From assembly GCA_028534125.1 (NCBI GenBank), contig CM052817.1, forward strand, positions 8,558,001-8,622,000: a DNA stretch of 64,000 bases. Direction: 5' to 3'. Of this stretch, positions 12,791 to 27,136 are shown in pieces. A model generated the notes under the pieces. It saw nothing but the letters and a program-made list of their open reading frames with translations. It searched no databases and was not told where the DNA came from. Source of the stretch: Lama glama. Lineage: Eukaryota. Numbering within the stretch: position 1 is the first letter of the stretch; the number at the start of each line of letters is the position of its first letter. The position numbers were made by a program, and so were the translations under genes.

Positions 12791-15089
12791 AGCCCCTAGA
12801 ATGCTGCATGGTACCTGGTGGGCCTTAACGATATGTTTGTTGAGGGGGTGAGCAATACAGCAGTATAAATCAGTGTCGTTCCAGAGAAATCAACTAAGCA
12901 GTGTAGAGGCGGAAATGATGTGCACACTTACAGCTTTATGTGGAGTGGATCAAAGGAAACTACACACAGGACCTTTATCTTTTTAACTTGACTCAAGGCC
13001 TTAGAATAAGAAAGAAGGAGCAGACACCTTTTCTTTCCCATTGTCCTTTGCTGCTGTTAAGGGCTGGTCCTCCTGCCACCCACCACGTGCCAACACTGAG
13101 CTAAGATCATGCCTCCCCATCTGCCCTTGGGTTTCTGATCTGTGCATTTGCAATCAGCTGCTCAAAGCAGTTCCCTTTTTTGAAACCTCTTTTCCTCTCC
13201 CAGACCCTATTAAACTTCTGGAAGCATAAAAGCAGCTAAACCATTACCCGAACTGAACTTGAACTCCAAACCTCAGGAGACTCACCATCACTGAGCTGCA
13301 GGGCTCGCTGGGCTTCCAGCAGCAGCAGTTTTGTGAAGTCAGCACCATGTGCCCACGGGGCACCATATTTTATTTTTCAATCAAGCATGGCACCGTCAAG
13401 TATTGCTTAAGTGGCTCGGTATCAGCACTTTTATTTTCCCAAGTAACTTATGAGCTTTTGTACATGAAAGTTTCCCTATGTGAAAATTTGTTAGTCTTCA
13501 GGCTTTTCCAAAGTCCTGCTTTTCTTGTTCTGAGTGACATCAGGAGCTTCCTCTAACCAGGATCCCGTGGGACCTGTTCTGTTGGCAGATTTTCAGCTTC
13601 ACTTTATCTTTTACCGGTAAATGCACTGTTATGACTCAAGATTGAAGCAGCCAGAATCAACCCTGGGAACACAGATTGGGGGTGGGCAGTGGTCTCAGGT
13701 GTTTGGTTAATAGCATCCAGGGCTCCTGATTTGCAGGTTGGCAGTGCAATTCTGTGCTGCTTTCAGACTGAGCAGTCTGTGAAGTGTTGGCTGCTTGGGA
13801 TCAGGTAAATATTTCCCTCCAGGTTGCCATTCTGCCTGGCTTTTCAAAAGGATGCTGCTTCTAGCAGAAATTTTCTAATTTTTACCATGAACCCTTCAGC
13901 TGTAAGTTTTTTTTTTTTATTTTTCAGGACCCTAATGTGCACGAAATAGCAGGTGCAGGGACCCAGACATTGAGACTTCACCTCCCTGAAGCGCAGCTGG
14001 TTCAGGACCAGCTTCTGGGTCCTGCGCTTCTGCATGAGCCTGATTCCAGCATCACCTGTCACAGCTGGGGAGACCCTGAACTTTGAGGTGCTTCCCATAC
14101 ATCCTGTGGACTCAATTTTTTGTAGAGTAAGTATTAAATATAACATCACCCAAATCATAGCATAGGAAGGAGAAAGGGGACCTCCCATGGCCACAGGCTT
14201 CATCTGTCTATTTTCCTTCCAAACTAGGACCTGAAGTCTTGTTATCTATAAATTCAGCACCTGCAACAGCACGATCACACCAAAGCCCGGTCACTGTGTG
14301 TCTAAAGTCAGAGGAACTCGGAGTTTAAGCTCTAACCAAACCTTGCTGCTCAGATATGAGCACCAAGATCTTCAAGGAGGGCCAGATGAAAGCGCTCTGT
14401 GAGCTGTTATTCCACATGCATAGCTGTTAACACATGTGAGTGGGTCATGAACTGTAAGAGACTGCACACACTTGAGACACTACTATTTAGATTTTATCTA
14501 GGTTATTTTTACTTAAATGATTATGGTATTATTGAGGTAGGTAGCATAATCATCTAAATAATAGAAATATATGAGATAAATAAGAAATAGCCTATTTAAA
14601 TGTAAGAATTAGCCTTAAGGTTTTTTTTTCTGTCCCCCACTAAAAGCAGGCTGAACAGAGGTTTCCAGTTTTTATTTACCGTATTTATTTAGTGCTCTCG
14701 GTATTTGTCACTGTTGTAGTTTTACCCTTGTTTCAGTATCTTTCATCCGTAAGATTAAGTTCTATGAGGACAGGGTTGATGTCTGATTTGTTCACTGCTC
14801 TGGCAGAGAGCAGGTGTTTAATATATATCTTCTGAATGAGTAGATGAGATGAAAAGTGATTGTGTGCATTTGCCATAGAATCTACTCCTCTGGAGGTTTG
14901 TAAAGAATGACCTTGAAATATCAACCACTGTGATCCAAAAGGTGAAAGCTTTAGTCTCCCTCAAAATGCCTTCAAATCTTAACAGTCAGTAAATGAGTCT
15001 TTTCTAAGATTTCTTGAACAGCTAAATGTTCAAAGCTCACCATACCTAGCACAGCATGAGGTATTTTCTCACCCACCCTTGGGAGGTAG

Positions 15090-15578
15090 TGTTTTAAACT
15101 ATGGATTTTATTATTATTCAGGTGGGGTGGGGCCAACAGATCAGGAGACAAATATCACTGAAAAGTCAGTTTGTTATTCACAGTTCCCAAGAGAAGGGAA
15201 CGTCACATGTAGGGCCACACGGGGCAGCATCAGGGTCTGTCAGGAGGCAGGGGGACTGCGAAAAACCTGGGCGTATGTCCTTCTTGTGGTTTCTGTGGGA
15301 AGGACCAGCCTGTGTGAATGATTTCAGGGCCTTCTGGAGCATGAAGCTGCCCCTCACTGTTTTGGGTTGTTGGGGCAGGGAAATGGTGGGCTGGAGTGTA
15401 AGACCCTGATAAAACTGATGCCCGGGGAGGGGCAGGGACTCTGGATTGATCAGTTTGCACATGAGCTCTTTACTATCTCTAGGAACTGCCTACCCTCAGA
15501 CGGTGGTCCCTCCAGGACCAGCCCCAAGATGTCAAAGCATCAGAAACATAGAAAATAAAAAGACATGAATAGGACACA
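15090..15578 (-). mobile_element. ERVL-class solo LTR (MER76/MER74-like)
   Basis: TG...CA termini. The minus strand contains ttttctatgtttctgatgctttgacatcttgggg...ttcctagagatagtaaa. Confidence 0.7.
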
Positions 15579-15764
15579 GAGAAGGTGCTTCTTTACATTT
15601 TTATGTCAAGGAAAATGTGTTCCTAGAAGTTAATTGGTTTGATGAGATTCGGATAGTGGGGGGAAAAGTGGAATTCAGACTGGCAGACTTTATAATCCAC
15701 TGGGGGCTGTCTCTGTCAGCAACAGTTGTCCTCTTTGTATCAAGGACACTTCTTGCCCATGAAC

Positions 15765-16245
15765 TAGTGTACTCGGGACACTCTAGTAGCAGGAGAGAGA
15801 ACCTGGACTTGAATTGGTTGAAACAAATAGGGCTGTTTATTGACCTCTGTTGTGGGAAGGGCAGGACTGTGGGTGTAGACGGTGGTAATAAAAGCTGGCT
15901 GTACTACTCACTTTTGCTTCTCACTGCATCTGGCTTCAATCTTTCCCCTTTTTCTTCCACGGACTGCCTTTCTCTGTAAGGCTGGACTCACGACTTCTAG
16001 ATGTTTCTTACATCTTCTGCACTTGAGAGGAGAGAATCTTTCCTGGTCACGGGAGGGCAGTGATTGGCCTGGTTTGTGACTACTCCAGGGGCTATTTCTT
16101 GTTCCCCAGAAGTAAGGTACTATTATTGCCTGACCTTGGGTCATGTGTTCATTTAGATGTGGAAGAGGGGAGGGAAGGAAGGTCCCTCATCAGAATAAGT
16201 AAGTAAGGGGGTGGTGGCCAGACTAACATGCTAAATGTCCACCAC
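15765..16245 (-). mobile_element. Old MLT1 (K-like) LTR
   Basis: tgattggcctggtttg...gggtcatgtgttc...aaatgtccaccaca motifs. Confidence 0.5.
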
Positions 16246-18640
16246 AGGAAGATTTGGTACAATTCCAAGTGTGATTCTCAGATTTTCACTATTATCAAAA
16301 TCTTGGATGATTTATTGGTTAATCTGGGGCAAATTAACCAGAGCAAATCCCAGGTACATTCCAGCAGTCATAAAATGGATGGAAGAAAATTAAAAAAATA
16401 ATAATCCCTTTCATCAAAGAATAGAAAAGTAGGTTTAAAAAGATAATCACAATTGTGAGTGGAGGCTGAATTTTGTTTCAAATAAACATGAAAGGCAAAA
16501 GAGCATAAGAAGTCTGCAGCTATAACAAACACATTTCTGTGACCAATGCAACCCCTGACAGTCTGGATTTTGGGAAACCAAATTGAACTTCACAGACTCA
16601 TAAAGTGCTCTGAACAGGAAGAATCAAGCTTTTGTGACTATGTCCATAAGTTGGACAGTACAGGACAGGGCAAACTATTTCCCTCTGCCAACTGTAGACT
16701 CCTCAGTCTTGGTGTTTCCTGGGAGTTAAAATAACTTTCTGCATTTGTGGGCAATCAGGACAGATGCAATCTTTGCCTGATTTGGCATCAAAGAGTCACC
16801 CACTTAGCAGGGTAAAAAGCACATTAAGTGTATTGTCCTTCTCTGTCTCTATCAAAGATAAGTGATTGCCTCATATAGTACACACTTCCCATCCTCTCCC
16901 AAAGCCACCTGTGATTTGCCTTAGTGGCTTAAGCCTGAGTCTTCATAAGACAAGCTTGTTGTAAGTTTGAAACTCAGAGCCATGGTAGGCTATGCGTAGA
17001 AGCTCCTCATGTAGGGTCCTCATTCTCCTGAGCATCAGTAAAGGCATCCATGAAGGTTTGCTGACTAAATGCATTAAAGAGTCTTTCAGAAATCAGATAT
17101 TAGCCAGAACCAAAGTCAAAATGGTCAATGCACATAATTGTTGCCTCAGTTTACAGTTGGAATTGCAGAAATTTCCAGGACTGGGTAGTTTTCAAGCAGA
17201 ACAAAATTTCTGAAGAGCGGTGACATGAGCTATTAGTTGATACAAATAGTACTTAAGAAATTAGATATTATTATATTACTACCTAGAATACACATTTTGT
17301 GTGATAAGAAAAGTCTTTCAAAATATGAATCTCACTGCTGGATTAATTTTTGAAAAAGCATCTGATAGAAATATATTTGAAACTATTAATGAAAGCTGTG
17401 GGCCCAGGCTGGTGATTAGGTGGTGGTGATGGTGGAAGTGGTGTATGTTTAGGGTTCAGCATAATTAGAAACACTGTGCTTTTGTGGGAGAAGCAGAGAT
17501 GGTTTTTGTTGCATTGAATCCTTGAGGTCAGATAGTGAGAGCAAGATGGGAAAGGCTTCGTGAAAATATTATTGGGTTCTGTGCAGAAAAGGATACTAGA
17601 ACTGAGCTCCTCTCCCCAGTGAAATCCTGAGAACCCAGCTAGAGAAGAGCATGAAAGAATCAGCTGTGTTTTTCCTGAAGGATCATAGAGTTACCTAAAA
17701 TCCAACTTAGGCTAAGCTTCAGAAATTCATCACATTCAATTCACTCATTTTCCAGAGGAGAAATCTGAAATTTGGGGTGGAGGGGTTGGGGATCCACCTA
17801 TGATCAAGTGCTTGTAGTGCAAGTGAGGAGCAAACCTGTGAGACTTCTGGGTGACATCCTTGTCATCTTTACCATCACACACTTAGGGAGAGTTACCTTT
17901 TTCTGAAATAATTTAAATGCTTGTCTGAATTTGTTCTTTTTGACCATAAATGACAAAAAGGGTCAAAGAATGGAAGTTACAAAAGCTAAAATCCAGCTGA
18001 ATGTATGAATATTTTTCTAAGCATTAGATCTGTACAAAGATGAAGTGGGTCAGCAGGTCATTGATTAAAATGTAGTCAGCACAGTTTTGGGAAGGTGATG
18101 AACCCTTTTCCAAGGCAAGGATTTGAGAAGAGCGCCATCACTTGTGGGAAAATCAGGGAAGTTTCTGCAGCATCATCTCAGTAGGTGACTGGGAGAGATA
18201 TGAGAACCACAGAATCGAGTGAGATTTGGCGAGTTGGTCAACTCATGGTACAGGGACTAGACCACCTTCTGCCTTCCTGCTTCTCTAAACACCCTTTTGT
18301 GATGATCCTACTCATTGTCAGGATTCATAGAACCCTGTGACAATTCTCAGTGATAACACCTACCCCAATGGGTTAGTGCAGAATACCCAGGAGGAATGCG
18401 TTCTTGAAACCTTTACATAGTCCAAATCCAACTTCATTCAAGACGACTCCTGGCCAAGAATGACAGCCATTAAAAAGTCAGTAAATAGTCATTATTGGAT
18501 ACTGTCTCTATCAGCTGGCTTTTCTTTGGCCATCAAGTAATGGAACATAACTACTTCATAAAGAGGCACTGTGATACAGTGAAAACACATGGGCTTTGGA
18601 ATCAGCCAAAATGCATTTCAAGTCTTCTCTCCAACATGTA

Positions 18641-19095
18641 CTGGCATACCTCAGAGGTATGTGGGTTTAGTTCCAGGCCAAAGCAATAAAGTGGCTATTT
18701 CAATAAAGCAAGTTACACAAATTTTTTGATTTCCCAGTGCATATAAAAGTTATGTTTACACTATGCTATAGTCTTTTGAGTCTGCCATAACATTATGTCT
18801 ATAAAAACCAATATACATTCCTTAACTAAAAACACTTCATTTTAAAACAAAGCCAGAACAAGTATAATAATAACACCAAGATCTCTGATCACAGATCACC
18901 ATCACAAATACAATAGGAAAACAGTTCGAAATATTGCAAAAATTACCAAAATGTACACGAAATCAAGAAGGGAGCAGGTGCTGTTGGAAAAATGACACTG
19001 GTAGACTTGCTTGATGCAGGGTTATCACAAACTTTTAATTTTGTAAAAAATGCAATCTACAGTAAAGTGAAGCTCAATAAAACAAAGTATGCCTG
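18641..19095 (+). mobile_element. Tigger1 internal-deletion derivative (TcMar MITE, 455 bp) inserted in a MIR
   Basis: TIRs c(t)ggcatacctc...gtatgcctg with a TA TSD (18639-18640 / 19096-19097). Tigger1 5' text ccagtgcatataaaagttatgtttacacta. Confidence 0.88.
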
Positions 19096-21889
19096 TAATA
19101 GCTCAATGGCCCAAGGAGAAGAGCTTAACTTTATCAGTCCTCTGTCTTTTCATCTGTGTGTTGGAGCAGTAAGATACATCTCAGAAGGGTGCTTTGAGGA
19201 TTTAGCAAGATGGTAGCCAATGTGCCCAACCCAGAACCAGACCTGTGGGATTAGTGCCTTTTTGCTGTTATTGAACAGCCCTGATTTTTACAAAATTTTT
19301 TTTTGCGGGGGGTGGGGGGTCCTGTTGAGTAGTATATGTTACTTAACTTTTACTTCTACCAAAAGATCCTGGATACAATACTTTTGTTTTCCCCCACAAT
19401 GCACTAGAGCTGACATTTTGCCTCAAGCTCCCATGTAGAATCTTTGGGTCAGTGTAGTGTAACAACTAATATTTGACCATGCCTGAGAATTAACAGTGAA
19501 GCCCTATTACTTTGCATTTCTAGTGGTGACAGGTACTTAATAAATACAAAGGAGTGTTACATTCTATTACAGAGATGAACACCAGACTGTGGTACAAATG
19601 AATATCTTCTATATTGCCTTTCTTCAATTTGAGAATAGCAATGTGATGTATTATAAAAAGATCAATCATTTTGTCATTATGGTCTTCTTTGGCTCCAAAC
19701 CAGTTTATTGGATTCCCTTAGTTTCAAGTAACAATAAAATAAATTGCTTCTTATATTGAAAGGGAAAATACCGTGTTTGAGACAAGATTGAGATTTTATG
19801 ACTAGGATAAAAATGAGCCCATTGCAAATACAGGTTTCTTATCAATAGGCCAATGACTTATATGTGAATAAAATCTATTCCTCTTCTGTATACTGATACA
19901 TTCCTCTTTGGGATTTGATCTTTGAGAATGAAGGCCCAGCATTTTAATTCAGATGTTCTTGGCATTTTAGAGTCAGATAGAGGAAAAAAAGATTATCTAT
20001 TCTAGTATCACTGATTTATAGGTAGAGAAACTGAGGTCTATATTTACCCTTTACAAGCAAATTCCACGTGCAAATCATTAAGCTCTAGAGTTTCTCCTGT
20101 AACTTGATCCAACAGTCACAGCGATAGACTCATGAAGTTTTAAAGCGAGTCTGCAGCTTGGTGATTATCTGGTCATACTTATTTTACAGCTGAAGAAACA
20201 TAGGGGTAAATGATTCTTCAAGGTCACATGAAAATTTCTGCAGCTTTGGGGACGAGAGTCTGCTAGTCCAGGACTTTTCTAGATTATCTCATTTCCTCCC
20301 CTCTGTGTGCCAAGCACTGTGCTATAGAATGTGGATAAATGCAGCAAAGAAATAAAATATTGTCTTTCTCCTGAAGGAAGTTGCAATCTTAAGAGACAAG
20401 ATGTCTTAGGAGACAAGATTATCTCTAAGCACAGAAATATTGAAACAGATAACAATGTCCTGTGTTCTTTCCTCCCTCTGTTCTCCACTTAGACACTGTC
20501 TTCTGTGCCCTCAGAGACCCCTCCTCTCATTTCAGCAACAGACTTTATCTCACAGAATTGCTGTTGTTTTAACTTAACTGTAAGTTTAATTTAACTTTTT
20601 TATTAGTTGTTTTCAGATCCTTGCCACTTGGCAAGTCAGTGCTTCATCCATGAACTTCAGAATTTTTCAACCCATAAGCCTTAAGATTTAGAGCTGCTAA
20701 AAATACAGAAATATCAGAAATTCCAAACATTTTGAGGATAAAGAAATAAAGAAACAGCTTATACAATTTGATAGGTTCTAGCATGTCTCTCACCCTGGCC
20801 TGTTCTCTGTCCTTTCCTTCTCTCTTAAATCTGCAATGACATTTTAATTAAAGAGTCTATAAAAATCAGACTCACATATGAAGCCTGGGAATATTTAAAA
20901 CTTGTAGAATAAAGACTGCAGTTTTACCCAGATGGAACTTCCCAGCTTGTATGATTCATTTGTGGGAGTCATATGTGAGAGCTGCTTGAGAAGAGAATCT
21001 TACAAGAAAATGATGAGTGAAGTCATTCTTTTCAGAGAATAAGAGGAGGTGGGGGACTGAGTTTGGGGATGGCCTGCCCTCTCACCTTCCCTGTGAGTGA
21101 CCGCAGAGGGGCAAGGCCATAGTCAGTGACAATGGTGGGACTCATACCTCCCTGGGGAGGAAACAGGAGCCATTAGGTCAAATCCCAGTGCCAGCTTATC
21201 CTTGTTCGGATAAACCATCAGTATTGGTCTTGAGTTCATGTTAGCAAGACCTACCTAGGTTAGCAGTACCTCAGGCTGCAGGAGCAGAAATGGCAGGAGA
21301 AAGAGCCGCCAGTTGGGACCATCAGGAAGGGATGGCCCTTGGTACTCAGGGCTGCAGCAGGACACTAACAAGACCCACCAAAAGAGCATCTAGACAGAGA
21401 GAAAGGCAGAGAACAGGTGGGAGGGGGCAGCAGCATTAGTCCCAAAGACTTTGCTGCAGAGGTTGAGGAAGGACTTGGAGTGGAATGTATGTTTATCACC
21501 CTCGTGGTTGTCACCCACTCCCTTGACCATCTCCCCAAGCTTAGTATCCAGGAAACTCAAGCATTCTGGAGGAGGGAAAGGAGCCAGGAAAGAAGATGAG
21601 ACAGAAAGAAGGGTAGGTAGATGATTATGCAGAACTGCTGACCTACAGAACACATGACCCACTCAAACAAAAACAGCAACAGAATGTGTTACGCATCTCT
21701 TTGCTCTCGGCACCGTGCTGGACACAGGGGGCACAGACACAGTGGCACAAAAACACACACATCTGTGAACACCTGTATCTTAGCTCAAGTGTCATATTAT
21801 AATTGCCTATGGCCCATTTTTCAAAAGAGTCTGAGTTCTTCTAAGGCACGGCTTTTCTGTGTCTGCAGTGTCTAGTTCAGTCTTTGCAG

Positions 21890-22012
21890 TAGGAGGACCA
21901 CATAACTTACTGTGCAAACGGGGATGCTTTTGAGAGGGAAATGGGTGCTATTAATAATTATACCTGGACAATAGGCCCAAACTGGGACTGCAGAATGAAG
22001 AAGCATTGGTCA
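21890..22012 (+). mobile_element. MER81-like hAT-Blackjack MITE
   Basis: gaccacataacttactgtgcaaacgggatgcttttgagagggaaa...gctattaataatta...aaactgggactg. Confidence 0.65.
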
Positions 22013-23384
22013 GGAATGTATTTTCAAAGAATAAATAAATGCACCTTGGGCAATTCTTTGAGCTCAAGGTAGACCTTAAAACAGTCACTGAGCTAGCTGG
22101 CTGGCAGTTGACGGCTAAGGGCATTTTGACTCCTTAATTTCATGCTAGTTGGGACACCTTATCACTGCATTATTGGGTTATGACTGTGCAGAAGCCCAAA
22201 GAAAGACAGATGTGTGCTAGACCAGCCATTCCATCGCCATCTAGAGACTGACAAAAGCGGCTCTCAATCTCAGGAGGAGCATGATGAAAGGGTCTGTTGG
22301 CAGGGAACTTTCTTGGCATCTCGGGACCTTCAGGGGTGGATGTGTACACTGACCTCACATCAGAATAACTGTAGAAAAAAAAATAAGTGAAACAAAACAA
22401 AGAAGAAAAGGAAGCCAGACAAGGAAAATGAGAGGGGATGAATATCCCTGCTGGAGACAATGACTAATTTAAGCAGGGTAGGAGAGAAATTTGCCAGTTC
22501 CTTTTGCACGACTTCAGAGCTTTTGCTGACAGCCCAGCGTGCAACTTGGCACTGTCAGAAGAGACCTGGGAGAGAAAGGGAGAGCAGTAAGAAATGGAAC
22601 CAAAATATCACTGCTGAGGGCCTGGAGGTACATTCTGGAATTTTCTACCCTAGAGGTAAAGAAGGAGGTAAGAAAACACTTTAAAGGAGAGTAAATTTCT
22701 CCCCCATCTTCACCCATTTTTACTGGAGGCAAAAAAAGAAAGGAGTGAATATTCACATTTGGCTGGCATTCTTCCTATGTAAAAGAATTGGTAAGAAAAA
22801 TCAAAAGCAATTTTTCAGAGTCTGGTCACGGTTGCACCATCTCAGTATAAAATGAAGGTGCCCACTGATGTCAGAAAACCTCACTCTTTGTAGCACAGGT
22901 TTGGCCTTTTCTCCAAGCTTCTCCTTCCTATCAACAGAACTAAGAGCCTGTAGTCACTGGGGTCGCCCTTCTGCGCCTTCAGCATTTCAAACAGCAACTG
23001 TGAAGTAGTCGGGTGAGAGTTTCAAAGAAAGGGGCCCTCATTCATTGCCAGTCAAAAGAAAAGATGAGGGGGAAGTTTCTATCCTTTAAAGCAGCTGTGC
23101 CCTGCTCTGACTTGTGGACTGGACACCAGGGGTGAGGTCATAGGAGTATAGTTTCGTTTCCCTGAGCAGCACGGTGCTTTGCACCTGCAGAGAGTGGAGG
23201 TGGATGCATCTTGTTCTCAAGCCCTTTTCCCTTGATTGCCTTCCCTTCTGCTCTCTGCTTGGTTAAATATTTGATCTTGCAGCCCTTTGAGGACCGGCAC
23301 ACGTGCTTCTTTTCCTCCCCTCCCATGCTATTCGCTGGTGCACGGTGTGTACAGCCTTGGGTTGCTAAGCAGCTCTGCTGTGGG

Positions 23385-23845
23385 GATGTGTGTGCATTAC
23401 TTGAGTGTGTTATACACGTGATATGAGTTTATGCATGTGTCTACATGTGGTGCATTCGTGATGCATTCAGTGTGCATGTGTACATGTGTACATGTGGTGA
23501 GTATTTATGTGTGTTGAACAAGTGCATGTGTGTGCTTTGTGCACCTTGTGTATATTGTGTGTAATATGAATGTGTTGTATTTTTCTATGTGTTCTATGTG
23601 TGTTGTGTGTTTTATGTGTGTGCTTTGTGTGCACACATGTATGATCTATGCATGCACATATGGATATCATGTATATTTTCTGTAGTGTGTGGCTAGTTAG
23701 GCCCCTATTGTATGTTTACACGTGCCATGTGTTTGTTTTATGCATGTTGTGTGTATGATGTGCATGTGATATGTTGTAGAAGTGTTTTGTGCATGTTGTG
23801 TGGATTTTGTGTGTGCTGCAGTGTGTGCTCTGTGTGTACACATGT
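23385..23845. repeat. Degenerate TG/CATG-rich low-complexity tract
   Basis: ~460 bp of imperfect tgtg/tgca/tatg repeats. Confidence 0.85.
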
Positions 23846-26800
23846 ATCATCAAGACTGTGGGAAATCCCTTTCTTATGTTAATCTCCTGTGCAGGGTGTG
23901 CTCTAGTTTAACTGCTTCTCTTCAGTTTTGGGGGCTTTATAGGACCACTTTTCCCCAGATATCCCTGAGCAGTGCAGAAGATGGCAGAACTCTGAGGTTA
24001 ATGCATGAATCACTGGTCCTTGGTCAACAACGGCTAGCTTTCTGTTAGCTTATCAGTCACTTCACATGCTCAAACTTCTACCCGGAGCCGTCGTCCTCTC
24101 CCAGTTGTCTCTCCTCAGTCTTTACTTTCACACAGAGTTGTCTCACTTTCTCTGCATCCTCTGACTTCCTAGTCATCCCTCAAACTGCAGCGCTGTGTCC
24201 CTCCCCCGCCGCCATGACACCATGAAAACGGCCTCCCTGTGGTTAACAAAGAGTTAACTGCCCAACCCATTGGACACTTATCAATCCTTATATTAAAAAA
24301 TTAAATAGTTGCAAGCATCATCAAACTTTTTCTCCTATTTGAAATTCTCTTTCTTGTCTGAGTTCTGCAACAGCTTATTATCATGATACTCCTCCTGCTT
24401 CCCTAGATGCTTCTTAATCTTCTCCATCTCACCCTGTTCTTCAACTCATTTTTAAAATGTTAGTTCCCAGCATTCTATTGTTGTCTTTAAATTTCCATGT
24501 ATTCATTTTCTCTGGCTGATCACATTCACACATCCAACCTCAGTTTCCTCATCATGGATGAGCCACAAGTGTCTGGGCACAGGCAAGACCCCTTTTGTGT
24601 GCATACCTGAAGTTCTGCCTCCCTCCTGGACAGAGCCACCCACAGGTATCAGCAAGTACCTCCACCTCTCCTCTTTCATATCTGTCACTAGCAACATTGT
24701 ACACACCACCTGGCCAGAAATCTGAGAGATTTCTTTATCTTTATTTAGGGGAGAATAATATTTTCCTTGAAGGACTTTTGTAGGAACAAAGTGGGATAAA
24801 CAATACAAGTAAGTTTAACACATCACCTGACTTTCATTAGGTATCCAGAAAATATTTCTTTCTTTCACCTGTGTTTAAAAATGTACCATGAAAATTCATG
24901 AAGTCAGACTATTTTCAGATGGGAGTTTTCAGATGCGACTTTAATAGAAAGTTAAATAAAGTTACAATATTTAACTAACAACATAACAAGGACTATCTGT
25001 CTAGTATTAAACTGGTAATAAGGCACTTTTACAACTTCTCTACTCTTGATGTTCAGAAATCTATGGGGTTGGAGGACAGGGATTGTTTTCTCAACTTTTC
25101 AGGCAAGGAAACTGTGCTTCTAGTAGATTCAATGACCTTCCACAAATCACCCAACTGGTTAGCAGAAGAGCTGGCACTTCAACTTAATCCTTTCAATTCC
25201 ATATTCTGTCTGCCACTTGTGACCTGACAAGGACAAGGTAGGTGGTGTCACATTGTCCAACTAGCCAGATTGACAGGTGACCAGGCAGTTATGAGCCCAG
25301 ATCAGGGATTGGTGGCTGACTTGGGAAGCCCTAATCACCACAAGAGTCTTTGATGAGGTTGAAGTTTATGACAGCTTTTAAGAAATGGGCATACATTTAG
25401 AAAGAAGAATAAAGGGGGACATGCGATCAGGTGGTATGACACACAGAAAGGGGCAGATGAAGGAATAGCCTCGGGAATGTGTATCTGCCAGACAGATTAT
25501 GTTGATTATTTTGCTCACCTCTGAATTATCATGCACGGGAGAGTGGCTAGAATGTAGTCCAGGTGCCCGACAACTCAATACACCCTGCTAAGCACACATT
25601 TTAGAGTTTGTGAAGTGAAATCATATGCATGTTTTGATGTGGGCCTTCAAAACCACTCTCTGATATTTGAATCATTATTAGTATTATTATTACTCTTCTA
25701 CAGGTCGAGAAAGTGTAAGGGTCAGAGTGGAGGATTTGGTCAGGCTCCAAGGTCAACTAGCAGAAAGACAAAGACATAAATCTAGGACTGTTGACCTGAA
25801 ATCTTTTAAACTTGTTTACAGCACTACACCTGTTTTTAGTCCTGTTCTCTCATCCTGGACAAAACCTGAACTCAATCCTCTTTCACCAGTGTAGATAATT
25901 ACCGTCCTACCTACCCATGGCACTATTTGTGAAATTTATATTAACAATACAAATGGAAGCCCACTGAAAAACCCAATATACCAGGCTATAAAGAATTGGT
26001 ATGAGTTTCCATTTCTGCTGCCTTTCTGCTCCATGACTCTCTGTCTTAACTCGTGGGGCGCCATCTTTCTCTGCTGGCCAAATGAATGATCTGAGCTTGC
26101 TTCAGCCGTCAGCACAGTGTGTCCTGATTCTTGCACGGGAGGCTCCGGCTAATTACGGTGCTGTTGTTGGATCAGAAATGTCGGAATTGTCAGTGTGGGA
26201 AGTCAGATCTCATGGGTCAAACTCTTCTTTTTGCAGGGGAGGGTAGGCAGGTTGGCAGTGGTGAAATGCAGCAGGCCAAGGTCACACAGATCGTTAATGG
26301 AAAAGCCATTTCTAATAAACCATCTGTGTTTTTCTTTTCTAGACCTTTAGCCTCTATTTAGAACTTTCCTGTCCACATCACTGTATTCAAGCAAAGGGGG
26401 GAAAAAGGATACTCAGACCCCTTGTTTTAAACTCCTTTAACTTTCTGTCCAGTGGTCCAGGTCCAGGTCTAGGCAGGGGGTGTCAGGGAGGGAACACTGA
26501 TTAATCATATCGCCTCTTGGAAGAGTATGTTAGCTAAGGATTTTTTGTTTGTTTGTTTGCTTGTTACTATCAACACTTTGGCAAATGTAATAGGCTTCTG
26601 GCTGCTTCCAAAAGAGGAGAAAAGTAAAAAGAGAAAAAAGAGAAAAGAGGTGGAAGATAAGATACTGATAGCATAAAGAAATATGTGGAAGTGATAATAA
26701 TAATAGTAACTAGTATTTGTTGAACACTGAGTGTGTGCCTAGGAGCATGCTTTACAACATCCTAGTTAATCTGTGAGAAAATTCTATGAGACAGTTATTA

Positions 26801-27136
26801 TTTGTTTTGTTTTGTTTTTTCAACATTTTTTTATTGAGTAATAGTCATTTTACAATGTTTTGTCAAATTCCAGTGTAGAGCACAATTTTTCAGTTATACA
26901 TGAACATGTATATATTTACATTTTTTTCATTGTGAGCTACCACATAATCTTGTATATATTTCCATGTGCTATACAGTATAATCTTGTTTATCTATTCTAT
27001 CTTTTAAAATCCCAGTCTGTGCCTTCCCACCCCCTGCCCCCTTGGCAACCACAAGTTGGTATTCTGTGCCTGTGAGTCTGTTTCTGTTTTGTATTTATTT
27101 ATTTATTTGTTTGTTTGTTTGTTTATTTATTTATTT

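Noticed and set aside
14253..14273. REST/NRSE-like motif ttcagcacctgcaacagcac
   Set aside because: The critical GG of the right half-site is absent.
23467..24048. His/Thr-rich and Cys/Val-rich ORFs
   Set aside because: Translations of the TG-rich low-complexity tract.
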